From: an uncultured Ruminococcus sp.
Lineage (GTDB): Bacteria; Bacillota; Clostridia; Oscillospirales; Ruminococcaceae
Length of the DNA: 50,185 nucleotides
Direction: 5' to 3'
Assembly (NCBI GenBank): GCA_964480645.1
Contig: CAYZQU010000001.1
Location: 1-50,185, forward strand
Shown: piece by piece, positions 1 through 8,294 of the stretch
Position numbering within the stretch: position 1 is the stretch's first letter
Layout of the letters: the number at the start of each line of letters is the position of its first letter
Position numbers and translations under genes: made by a program
Notes under the pieces: generated by a model
Seen by the model: only the letters and a program-made list of their open reading frames with translations
Databases searched by the model: none
Told to the model about the DNA's origin: nothing

Positions 1-46
1 AAAAGCTCCGTTTCACTTCGCTTTCGCGGCGGCATTTCGGATTTGC
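1..46 (-). repeat. Partial copy (5' arm) of the dispersed three-way-junction element, cut by the window edge
   Basis: Minus strand reads GCAAATCCGAAATGCCGCCG, identical to the start of the copy at 1550; lies downstream of coaX in the same orientation. Confidence 0.7.
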
Positions 47-75
47 ACCTCACCCCGTGAGGTTAATTTGGAATT

Positions 76-849
76 CTAACTGTTCTTTTTGTACATCGCA
101 TACAGTCCCTTTAATATAAGGTATTCGTCGAGGATAAATTCCGTGCCGCAGAGCGGCTTTATCGCGCTTGAGAATCCTCCCGTGGCGATAACCGTGCACT
201 TTTCGCCGATTTCGCGCTCGAAATGCTCCACGAACCCGTCCAGCATAAACGCCGCGCCGTACAGAAGCCCCGAACGCATACACTCAATGGTGTTCGTTCC
301 GATAACACGCTTTATCGGCTCATCTGTGACAGAGATAAGTGGAAGCGCGGCTGTTTTCGCGGCAAGCGCTTCTGCGGAGATTTTCACTCCCGGAGCAATG
401 ATTCCGCCGATAAACGCGCTTGATTTATCCACTGCGAGGACTTTGGTAGCCGTGCCTAAATCAATAACGATCGCGGGGAGGTGGTAATTTTCCTTTGCGC
501 CCACCGCTACGGCAACCAGATCCGCGCCAACCGAGGCGGGTTCTTCAATCTTGATGTTAAGACCCGTTTTCAGCCCCGGACCTACTGTCATTACGCGGCA
601 GCCGCATATTTTCTCCACTGCGGATTTCAATTGTCCGGTCACGGGCATAACCACTGATGCCAAAATTGCCCCGGAAATATCGTTAGTCGAAATGTTGTAC
701 AAACGCAGAATATCCGCGAGGGTGATTGCATATTCGTCCGCCATACGGAAACGGTCGGTGGCGATTCTCGACTCGAAAATCAACTCGCCGCCGTCATTGA
801 ACCCTCCGAATTGGGTGTTGGTATTTCCAACGTCTATCGTAAGTATCAT
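76..849 (-). CDS. coaX: Type III pantothenate kinase
   Basis: N-terminal IDVGNTN motif, GADL, VIDLGTAT, GGIIAPG, IATGG motifs; 257 aa. Confidence 0.95.
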   Translation of the reverse strand: MILTIDVGNTNTQFGGFNDGGELIFESRIATDRFRMADEYAITLADILRLYNISTNDISGAILASVVMPVTGQLKSAVEKICGCRVMTVGPGLKTGLNIKIEEPASVGADLVAVAVGAKENYHLPAIVIDLGTATKVLAVDKSSAFIGGIIAPGVKISAEALAAKTAALPLISVTDEPIKRVIGTNTIECMRSGLLYGAAFMLDGFVEHFEREIGEKCTVIATGGFSSAIKPLCGTEFILDEYLILKGLYAMYKKNS

Positions 850-1319
850 AAAGGTAACTCCTTTGTTTGAAATAATTGAAGATTCTTGTCATTCGCGCGA
901 ACCTTGAAAAGAATTCTTTTGGTTTTGGTGTTATACAGAATAATCCATTTGCCACTTATTTTCGCGGAAAAAACATCTCGTGTGAAATTTTTAAGCGGCT
1001 GTATCCCGGTTTTGGTTACAAACGCACTGTTTGTAAGGGTTAACAGCAAAATCCATACGGACATTGCCGCATACAGCAGTCCGATTGCTCCTGCTCCGCT
1101 GTCCTTGTGCATTGACGCTGGGATAAGCTCTCCCGCGCTCACACATACGCCGAGTATAAGCATAATTATCCCGAAGAGGAAGAAATCCGTTTCGTGAGGG
1201 GGAATAAAGCGCACAATTCCCGAGTGTTTCGCCTTGACAAGGGCAACAACCGCTCGGACAATGATGAATATTATCGCTCCGATGAACAGGCATAATATTA
1301 CAATTGTTTCCAAGTTCAT
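846..1319 (-). CDS. Hypothetical membrane protein (3 predicted TM segments), coupled to coaX
   Basis: ATG at 1319 after GAGGGGTG SD; three hydrophobic stretches; 4 bp overlap with coaX start. Confidence 0.75.
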   Translation of the reverse strand: MNLETIVILCLFIGAIIFIIVRAVVALVKAKHSGIVRFIPPHETDFFLFGIIMLILGVCVSAGELIPASMHKDSGAGAIGLLYAAMSVWILLLTLTNSAFVTKTGIQPLKNFTRDVFSAKISGKWIILYNTKTKRILFKVRANDKNLQLFQTKELPL

Positions 1320-1447
1320 TATAATCACCCCTCATTATTATAACACAAATCTCCATAAAAATCAACCCATTGCCATGTAATATTTCGGATGAATATTACA
1401 AATAGTATATTTAAGCGCAAAAATTATGAATAATTTGCAAAAACCCC

Positions 1448-1476
1448 TTGACAAGTTGTGATTTATGAGGTATAAT
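1448..1476 (+). promoter_or_regulatory. sigma-A promoter of rpmH operon
   Basis: TTGACA-N17-TATAAT, perfect consensus. Confidence 0.9.
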
Positions 1477-1549
1477 AATTGAGTATGAGTATATGTTGCA
1501 GGGTAGTTATACCCCAATACAAAAAACCGAATCAATGTTCGGGGTACAG

Positions 1550-1731
1550 GCAAATCCGAAATGCCGCCGTGAAAACGCAATACGGTGCGAATAATTTCAA
1601 TGCGGCGTTCGGGAGAGCAGGGCAAATCCGAAATGCGCCTTTGACCACGCGCCGTAGGCGCGTGGTCAAAGGCAGGCAAGCGCAAACGAACGGAGCGCAG
1701 CGAAGTGAGGCTTGCGCGGTTTCGGATTTGC
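1550..1731 (+). repeat. Tandem three-way-junction elements in the rpmH leader (partial 1550-1607, complete 1622-1731)
   Basis: GCAAATCCGAAA...TTTCGGATTTGC closing stem, 17 bp perfect internal hairpin with GTA loop, followed by AAATTAAAATAAGGAGG. Confidence 0.85.
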
Positions 1732-1755
1732 AAATTAAAATAAGGAGGACTGACA

Positions 1756-1890
1756 ATGAAAAGAACTTACCAGCCCAAGAAGCTCCAGAGAAAGCATGAG
1801 CACGGCTTTATGAAGAGAATGGCTACCAAGAACGGCAGAAAGGTTCTCGCACGCCGCCGCGCAAAGGGCAGAAAAAGACTTTCTCACTGA
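1756..1890 (+). CDS. rpmH: 50S ribosomal protein L34 (missing from ORF track, <60 aa)
   Basis: Hand translation [44 protein letters not shown]; TAAGGAGG SD. Confidence 0.97.
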   Translation: MKRTYQPKKLQRKHEHGFMKRMATKNGRKVLARRRAKGRKRLSH

Positions 1891-1895
1891 TTCGT

Positions 1896-2249
1896 ATGCG
1901 TGAGTATAAAAAACGCTATGTCGTAATCAAGAGCAACCGCGATTTCGGCTTTATGTTCAAAAAGGGCGAATCCATAGTGTGCAAGGGCTTTGTGTGCTAC
2001 ATAAAGCCTCGCCGAGGGGGAAAAAACCGTTTGGGGATCGTCACGGGCAAAAAGATTGGAAACGCGGTAAAACGCAATCGGGCAAGGCGGATAATCAGAG
2101 AAGCATTCCGCCTTTTAGACCCGGTTTTTAAGGAAAAAACCGACCGCCGTTTTGATTTCGTGTTTGTGGCGCGTGTCGTAACTCCGATGATGAAAACTCA
2201 GCAGGTTTTAAGCCTTATGAAAAGGAATATACTTCCAAAATTGCAATGA
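1896..2249 (+). CDS. rnpA: Ribonuclease P protein component
   Basis: RLGIVTGKKIGNAVKRNRARR RNR motif; position after rpmH. Confidence 0.96.
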   Translation: MREYKKRYVVIKSNRDFGFMFKKGESIVCKGFVCYIKPRRGGKNRLGIVTGKKIGNAVKRNRARRIIREAFRLLDPVFKEKTDRRFDFVFVARVVTPMMKTQQVLSLMKRNILPKLQ

Positions 2250-2548
2250 AATACATTTTAATGGGATTAATAAAGCTGTACAAGCTGACATTATCAAAGA
2301 TTCTACCGCCGTGCTGCCGCTTTACTCCAACCTGTTCCGAATACGGCTTTGAGGCTGTTCGGCGTTTTGGAGCGGTCAGGGGCGGTTATTTGACATTATG
2401 GCGGATTTTGCGGTGTAATCCGTTTTGTAATTGCGGATATGATCCCGTACCCGAAAAGTTTACATTCCGTCCTGAGAAATACACCGTGTCCGCGAAAATA
2501 CCTGCAGATTTCAGTTCGTGGGAGGAATTGGAGGACGATATGCAATAG
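2246..2548 (+). CDS. yidD: Membrane protein insertion efficiency factor
   Basis: CRFTPTCSEY and RILRCNPF..GYDPVP motifs; synteny. Confidence 0.95.
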   Translation: MKYILMGLIKLYKLTLSKILPPCCRFTPTCSEYGFEAVRRFGAVRGGYLTLWRILRCNPFCNCGYDPVPEKFTFRPEKYTVSAKIPADFSSWEELEDDMQ

Positions 2549-2573
2549 TTTACAGGAACCTGTAAACACACAG

Positions 2574-2785
2574 GCAAATCGAGAAATCGAGCAAGAACGA
2601 AAATGAGCGATAGCGAATTGAGTTCTTGTTCGGATAGCGAGCGTCAGCGAGCGGTTCTTGATTTGCAAATTAAAATCGCGCAGGCAAATTCGGCACACGA
2701 GTGTGACTGAAGCGAGCTTGTGAGCGAAGTCGCACTCAGTGAGCGCAAACGCGCGTCAGCGCGGATTGCGCGGTGACGAATTTGC
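2574..2785 (+). repeat. Two tandem complete three-way-junction elements (2574-2666, 2684-2785) between yidD and yidC
   Basis: GCAAATCGAGAA/TTCTTGATTTGC and GCAAATTCG/CGAATTTGC closing stems, each followed by AAATTAAAAT. Confidence 0.85.
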
Positions 2786-2811
2786 AAATTAAAATAAGGA
2801 GTTTGATTTTT

Positions 2812-4338
2812 ATTCAGTTTTTGTATTCTATTCCCGGTTATCCACTGGGATTTATCTTGTATTTTATATACAATTTTATCTGCTCAAATGTCGGTATTGC
2901 GATAATTATCTTCACGTTTATCGTGAAGCTCGCAATGTTGCCGATTTATATCAAGCAGCAAAAAAGCACGGCAAAGTCTGCGGTTTTCCAACCGATGGTT
3001 CAGGAAATTCAACGGAAATACAAAAATAACCAGCAAAAACAGCAGGAGGAGCTGATGAAGCTCCAACAGCAGGGATTCAAGCCGATGTCCGGCTGTGGAC
3101 CGATGTTGTTGTCGTTTTTGATTCTGTTCGGTGTCATTGACGTTGTGTATAAGCCGCTTACACATATTGTCCATATGAACAGCGAAAGCATAACTCAAAT
3201 GGTGGAAGAATCCTATGATGTGGAACTTACCTCAGTGATAGTCGAGGAAGTTTCGAAAAAGGACGTTCCCGAAGCCGAGATGACAAAGCACGAAAATATT
3301 CTTAATGACGCGAAGAATATTCTGAACTATTATAACGAACACTGTCTTAAAGAGGGCGATGAAAAGCTCGATATAACTGTGTTTGAAACGATGAACCTTA
3401 AAAGCGTCAAAGTCGTAAAGCAAACCATAAAATCCGCGATAACCAACGAGTATCTCAATGACACCTCCGACAATAAAAAGTCGAAAACCATCGGCGATAC
3501 CGATTTGTACAGAATCACCGAAGCTGAGGAGTCGGAAATGCTCGAAATGTCCGATGAGGAGAAAGCGGCTTACCGCGCTGAACACAGCTTCTCAAGCGAC
3601 TTTACAAATGCCGTAAGTAACGCGGGTGTGCATTTCGGATATTACAGCGGCGGAGAAAACGGTGCAAGCTTTGCTTCCACAAGTAATATGCAGCGTGAGT
3701 TGTATGTGTTGGAGCGCTTTGGCACTACTACCGATAAATACGCGTGCAAGGACGGTTACAGCGAGTCGGTAATTTCTGCGGAACGCAAAACAGAGCTTAC
3801 AGAGCTGTATGAAAATCTGAACTTTATGGGGATTCCGCTTGGTCAAGTTCCTAAGGACCACATGGGCTTCCCGATGATTCTTGTGCCGATTATTTCGTTT
3901 ATCCTTGCGCTTGCACAGACATTCCTCAGCCAGTGGACAATGAAGAAATCCAATCCGGATATGCCGGCTATGGCAGGGCCGATGAAGATTACAATGTACA
4001 TTATGCCGTTGTTCTCTTTGTTTATTGCGTTTACTGTTCCTGCCGGCGCGGGCTTCTACTGGGCAATAAGTTACGCTTTCGGAATCCTTCAGACACTGTT
4101 GCTTAATAAACTGTACAATCCCGCGAAACTTCGTGAGCAGGCTCTCGCTGAGTATAATGAAATGGTCAAGAAAACAGCTAAATCCAAAAAGAAGACTATC
4201 GAAGCGGAAGCTGTCAAGGTCGTAGACGCCGACGGCAATGAAGAAACCGTTTCACAAAAGGAATTAAATCGCCGCAGGCTCGCCGAGGCGCGCAAGGCTC
4301 AGGCAGAAAAATACGGCGAGGAGTATCACGAGGATTGA
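2812..4338 (+). CDS. yidC: YidC/Oxa1 membrane protein insertase with a large soluble insertion; start codon uncertain (possibly ATT)
   Basis: GIAIIIFTFIVKLAMLP, KYKNN..KQQEELMKL, PMSGC and FTVPAGAGFYW motifs; synteny. Confidence 0.93.
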   Translation: MQFLYSIPGYPLGFILYFIYNFICSNVGIAIIIFTFIVKLAMLPIYIKQQKSTAKSAVFQPMVQEIQRKYKNNQQKQQEELMKLQQQGFKPMSGCGPMLLSFLILFGVIDVVYKPLTHIVHMNSESITQMVEESYDVELTSVIVEEVSKKDVPEAEMTKHENILNDAKNILNYYNEHCLKEGDEKLDITVFETMNLKSVKVVKQTIKSAITNEYLNDTSDNKKSKTIGDTDLYRITEAEESEMLEMSDEEKAAYRAEHSFSSDFTNAVSNAGVHFGYYSGGENGASFASTSNMQRELYVLERFGTTTDKYACKDGYSESVISAERKTELTELYENLNFMGIPLGQVPKDHMGFPMILVPIISFILALAQTFLSQWTMKKSNPDMPAMAGPMKITMYIMPLFSLFIAFTVPAGAGFYWAISYAFGILQTLLLNKLYNPAKLREQALAEYNEMVKKTAKSKKKTIEAEAVKVVDADGNEETVSQKELNRRRLAEARKAQAEKYGEEYHED

Positions 4339-4404
4339 GGATAATCCCATCACGTTTATACTTATGAAAACGGCATGTAACCTCGCCGTTGGAAAGGGGA
4401 AACT

Positions 4405-5397
4405 ATGGAAAAGGAATTCAAGGCAAAAACCGTTGATGAAGCTAAAGCACTCGCCGCCGCCGATTTTGGTGTAAGTACTGATGATATTGACTTTGAAATT
4501 CTTGAGCAACCTAAAAAAGGACTTTTTGGCGGGCTTAAGGGCGAGGCGAGGGTTAAGGCGATTTACAACCAATCTTTGGAATCTGCGGGAGATTCGGATT
4601 CTGACGCACAAACCACCACCTCTGTGGCTTCCGATGATTACGCGGATTACGACGTCAATGAAGAACCCGTTGGAGAAATCCCCGAGGACTTTGATGTAAA
4701 CGAAAGCGTCAAGGTAAAAACCGCAATAGAGTTTTTGACTAAGGTGATTCGGGGTTTGGGTGTGGAGAATTTCACAATTACTCCAAAAATCTCCGAAAAG
4801 GGAAAAAACAATATTATTCTCGACATATCCGGAGAGAAGCTTGGCGCTGTCATAGGTAAGCGTGGTGAAACGCTCGATAGTTTGCAGTATCTCGCGATTT
4901 TAGCTTCCGCGCGTAAGTCCGAGGAGAGCTTCTGCCGAATCTCTCTTGACTGTAACAGTTACAGAAGCAAACGCCGCGAAACGCTCGAGAACCTTGCGAA
5001 AAAGACCAGCGCTAAGGTAATCAAACAAGGCAGAAAGATTTCCCTCGACCCTATGAATCCGTATGAGCGTAGAATAATCCATAGCTGTGTTGCCGAGATT
5101 GAGGGAGTTACCAGTCGTTCTAGCGGCACTGAGCCGTACAGACGCGTGGTAATTTACGCCGACAAGCCTAAGTATGACAATCGCCGTCGTGGCGGGAATC
5201 GTGATTCACGCAGAGGAAATCGTGACGGAGCGTCCACGCGTAATTACCGCAGCTCCGGCGGGTTTTCCACCAGCTTTGAGCGCGAGTATAAGCGCAGTCA
5301 GTATCAGCCCGATGAGAACGCCAACGCGGGTGATTTTTCCGATGAAACGGTTGAAGCTGAAAGGAACGCAACGCTTTACGGGAAAATTGATATATAG
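4405..5397 (+). CDS. jag: Jag/EloR (KhpB) RNA-binding protein, KH + R3H
   Basis: Jag_N (KTVDEA...KKGLFG), KH (VIGKRGETLDSLQYL), R3H (PMNPYERRIIH). Confidence 0.95.
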   Translation: MEKEFKAKTVDEAKALAAADFGVSTDDIDFEILEQPKKGLFGGLKGEARVKAIYNQSLESAGDSDSDAQTTTSVASDDYADYDVNEEPVGEIPEDFDVNESVKVKTAIEFLTKVIRGLGVENFTITPKISEKGKNNIILDISGEKLGAVIGKRGETLDSLQYLAILASARKSEESFCRISLDCNSYRSKRRETLENLAKKTSAKVIKQGRKISLDPMNPYERRIIHSCVAEIEGVTSRSSGTEPYRRVVIYADKPKYDNRRRGGNRDSRRGNRDGASTRNYRSSGGFSTSFEREYKRSQYQPDENANAGDFSDETVEAERNATLYGKIDI

Positions 5398-5412
5398 GTG
5401 ATATAAATATCA

Positions 5413-5439
5413 AAACGCTCTCTTAATCAGGGAGCGTTT
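5413..5439 (+). terminator. Probable intrinsic terminator after jag
   Basis: AAACGCTCTC-loop-GGGAGCGTTT hairpin. Confidence 0.65.
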
Positions 5440-5517
5440 CAGTTTGTATAAAAAGTAGAAAATAGTTTATAACCGTACAGAAAAAGTAAAAATTTCAATT
5501 ATTTTGTAATGGGAATT

Positions 5518-5660
5518 GGGATTCTTAAGGGGCATTGCCTCCTGTTTGGACAACACTTGCCGCGCCATAGGCGCGGAGCGTTGTTGCCAAACGGCGCATT
5601 TTTTGCGCTGTGCGCAAAAACATGCGCTTTGGCGGGGGTGTGGGGGCAGAGCCCCCACAT
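5518..5660. repeat. REP/MITE-like multi-hairpin element between jag and trxA
   Basis: Four consecutive GC-rich hairpins ending in TGTGGGGGC-AGA-GCCCCCACA; no credible ORF. Confidence 0.6.
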
Positions 5661-5661
5661 T

Positions 5662-5690
5662 AAAACGCTCCCTTTTCGGGGAGCGTTTTT
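5662..5690. terminator. Bidirectional intrinsic terminator at trxA 3' end
   Basis: AAAACGCTCCC-TTTTCG-GGGAGCGTTTT with A/T tracts on both sides. Confidence 0.75.
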
Positions 5691-5995
5691 TACATCTCTG
5701 CGAGAATCTGTTCCTTTGAGTGTAGCCCGATTAGCCGTGCTGAAACCTTTCCGTCCTTGATAATCACCAATGTGGGGATATTTTCCACCTCAAACATTGA
5801 GGACAGCTCCGGCTGATTGTCGGTATCCACCTTTCCGACCACAATATCCGCGTGTTCAGCAGCGATTTCGTCCACTATCGGCGACTGCTGACGACACGGC
5901 GGACACCAAGTTGCCCAGAAGTCCAACAGAATCGGTTTCTCACTGCCAAGCACAGTCGTCTTAAAGTTCTCACGGGTAATATCCAAAACTGACAT
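5690..5995 (-). CDS. trxA: Thioredoxin
   Basis: LLDFWATWCPPC active site, cis-Pro IPTL motif, 101 aa. Confidence 0.93.
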   Translation of the reverse strand: MSVLDITRENFKTTVLGSEKPILLDFWATWCPPCRQQSPIVDEIAAEHADIVVGKVDTDNQPELSSMFEVENIPTLVIIKDGKVSARLIGLHSKEQILAEM

Positions 5996-6070
5996 AATAA
6001 TCTCCTTTACATAATTGTTATTACTTACTATTATATCACTTTTGGGATAAAATATTAAGGAAATTTACAC

Positions 6071-6643
6071 TTAATCAACCGATTGAACAAATTCGATAAA
6101 CTCCTCAATGGGTTCGCCGTCGGCGGTGATTTCCGACCTTTGTTTTAGGCTTTTAACCAAAACAGTACTATCGTTTAAGGGATATACGCAATTGTCTTTA
6201 ACTTCATATCGTCCCTGAGGTCCGCTTAGAATGGTGTAAGTTCCGTCTTGATTTTTGCGCGCGAAAATCAGAAATTCATCACCTATCTGCATAAGCGGGT
6301 CATCGCCGAGTTCGTAAATCACCTTTTGCTCCTCATCAATGCCGCCTGTCATATAAATCGTGATTTCCTTTTCATCGTTGCCGCGAATCAATTGCTTTAC
6401 ATCGGCGATATAGTTTGTAAAATGTATGCCGCTGTCCGGCTTGCTTTCTGTACCCGTGATTTTTACTATCGCGACAATATCGCTGGTTTTTGCCATTTCC
6501 TCAATACTTGCATAGCCGTAAGACCAGCTTGCAAACATTGTAACTTTTTGGTATTGTTCTGAATCGGTTTTGCTTGAACATCCCGTCATAAGCAGTGATA
6601 GTCCTATAAAGCTTGCGATTACTGTTGAAGTTATTTTTTTCAT
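6071..6643 (-). CDS. Hypothetical lipoprotein
   Basis: Signal peptide MKKITS...LLMTGC with lipobox; AAAGGTGG SD before ATG 6643. Confidence 0.8.
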   Translation of the reverse strand: MKKITSTVIASFIGLSLLMTGCSSKTDSEQYQKVTMFASWSYGYASIEEMAKTSDIVAIVKITGTESKPDSGIHFTNYIADVKQLIRGNDEKEITIYMTGGIDEEQKVIYELGDDPLMQIGDEFLIFARKNQDGTYTILSGPQGRYEVKDNCVYPLNDSTVLVKSLKQRSEITADGEPIEEFIEFVQSVD

Positions 6644-6665
6644 AATATTTCCACCTTTCAATAGA

Positions 6666-7223
6666 TTAATAGATTGCGTTTACACCGTTTACATCGTCTG
6701 CTTGCGGAGTCGTGAGTTTGTATGTTTCATAGCGGCTTCCCATACCGTATGTATTTTCGTTCATAATTGTTTTGGTATAGCCGTTTTCGTCAAGTCCGAA
6801 GACATGTCCGATTTCGTGAACAGCCACCGACTTAAGAGCGTTGCTGTCATTCCAAGCAGGTTTAGCTGTATTAAGCGTAAGCGTAAGCCGATCGTAATAG
6901 ACACCGGTTGCAGATCCCGTTGTAATCCCATCCCAATCCACGCCGGGTTTGTTGACTGCGCTGACATATACATCGTGACCCGTGTTCGGATTATTGCCGT
7001 AATGGTCGATTGTTATTTCAGTGGTCTTTGCTTTCCAGGCTAAGGCGGCGGTGTTGATAACAGACATCGCTTTTGAATCTAACCAACTATCATAGTAATA
7101 GTAAATCTTTGAATTTTTTTGCTTATACCCTGTTAATTGGTAAGCTCCCGCTGATGTGGAAATTCCGACAGCCATTGATAAAGCCACGATTGCCGAAATT
7201 GCCCGTTTCAAAGGCTTTTTCAT
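6666..7223 (-). CDS. Secreted matrixin/metzincin-like zinc metallopeptidase
   Basis: Signal peptide (…TSAGA-Y), HEIGHVFGLDE zinc motif, TIMN Met-turn. Confidence 0.8.
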   Translation of the reverse strand: MKKPLKRAISAIVALSMAVGISTSAGAYQLTGYKQKNSKIYYYYDSWLDSKAMSVINTAALAWKAKTTEITIDHYGNNPNTGHDVYVSAVNKPGVDWDGITTGSATGVYYDRLTLTLNTAKPAWNDSNALKSVAVHEIGHVFGLDENGYTKTIMNENTYGMGSRYETYKLTTPQADDVNGVNAIY

Positions 7224-7274
7224 AAAATATCTTCCCTTCGTTTTATAATATAAGCACAAAATATGCTCAATTAT

Positions 7275-7303
7275 ATTATAACATTATTGGATTAATTTGT
7301 CAA
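7275..7303 (-). promoter_or_regulatory. sigma-A promoter for peptidase/lipoprotein pair
   Basis: Minus strand TTGACA-N17-TATAAT with extended TG. Confidence 0.75.
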
Positions 7304-7352
7304 TAAAGTATACTTACTTTTTTATAAATTGCGGAATTTTTTGTCAAAAGTT

Positions 7353-7940
7353 TTATTTTTCTTCCGCACCCTCAAGGAAGTAGCTTGCTTCCATGTCGGC
7401 GACGGAAAGCGCGAACGCTAGCGGGAACATTTCCAGTGCCTTACCGATGGTGTTCTTATCTTCTATTCCAGAGAATCCCATGTGCCAGCGGATTGCCATA
7501 GCTTCCTCGCGCGAAAGGCGCATAAATCCGCTTACCATATAGACGCTTTTTTCACCGTGACCGTATGGGAGCTTATCGTCAATAGTATAAAACGGAATTT
7601 TCTCCCACTGACCGGTTTTATCGTTTTTGGAATTACGCATCTGAACGGTGTAGAAATTCACTTTGCATACATCGTGAAGCAGCGCCGTAATTGCTGTAGT
7701 TTCAGCGGTCGGATTAAGTTTGTAACGCTCCTTAACTCGCGGACGAGCAAGGAAATCCACAAGGCATTCGTAAACGTTAAGTGAATGCTGTAGCAGACCG
7801 CCCTCATAAGCTCCGTGAAAGCGGGTTGAAGCGGGCGCGGTAAAAAAGTCGCTTTTTTCGAGGAACTCCAACAGCTTATCCGCACCCTCACGCTTGATAT
7901 TCTCGGTATAGATTTGAATGAATTGTTCCTTTGGGGTCAT
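7353..7940 (-). CDS. HD-domain metal-dependent phosphohydrolase
   Basis: APAS..FHGAYEGGLLQHS, ALLHDVCK, GHGEKS, AIRWHMG motifs. Confidence 0.88.
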   Translation of the reverse strand: MTPKEQFIQIYTENIKREGADKLLEFLEKSDFFTAPASTRFHGAYEGGLLQHSLNVYECLVDFLARPRVKERYKLNPTAETTAITALLHDVCKVNFYTVQMRNSKNDKTGQWEKIPFYTIDDKLPYGHGEKSVYMVSGFMRLSREEAMAIRWHMGFSGIEDKNTIGKALEMFPLAFALSVADMEASYFLEGAEEK

Positions 7941-8009
7941 TCAGATACCTCCTTATGTAAAGTGAAAATAAAAAGCCGCAGCGTCTGCTGTGGCTTTTTA
8001 ATTTGTGAA

Positions 8010-8258
8010 TTAGTCCGAAACATACGGAATAAGCGCAAGCTGTCTTGCAAGCTTGATAGCCGAAGTAAGCTCTCTTTGGTGATAAGCGCAGCAACCGGTA
8101 ACTCTGCGGGGAAGAATCTTGGAGCGCTCGGTCATAAACTTTTTGAGCTTTGCGATATCCTTGTAGTCGATAAACTCAGTTCTGTCAGCGCAGAATTGGC
8201 AAACCTTTTTGCGCGGACGCTTAACAGGATGAGCGGCACGTTCATTCTTTTCAGCCAT
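8010..8258 (-). CDS. rpsR: 30S ribosomal protein S18 (zinc-binding C+ form)
   Basis: [26 protein letters not shown]. Confidence 0.97.
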   Translation of the reverse strand: MAEKNERAAHPVKRPRKKVCQFCADRTEFIDYKDIAKLKKFMTERSKILPRRVTGCCAYHQRELTSAIKLARQLALIPYVSD

Positions 8259-8294
8259 AATACATTTCCTCCTATATTAATTGAGAATTGATTG

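Noticed and set aside
1330-1500. Possible oriC upstream of rpmH
   Set aside because: AT-rich, but I found no DnaA boxes and there is no dnaA gene.
1362-1799. ORFs 1362-1733(-), 1479-1799(+), 1532-1756(-)
   Set aside because: They span the rpmH promoter and GC-rich repeat elements, lack SD sites and overlap the real rpmH frame.
1550-2785. Possible CRISPR array from recurring GCAAAT...ATTTGC
   Set aside because: Units are dispersed, palindromic and variable rather than identical repeats with unique spacers; no cas genes in the window.
5895-5912. WCPPC instead of WCGPC in thioredoxin
   Set aside because: A known, common thioredoxin active-site variant.
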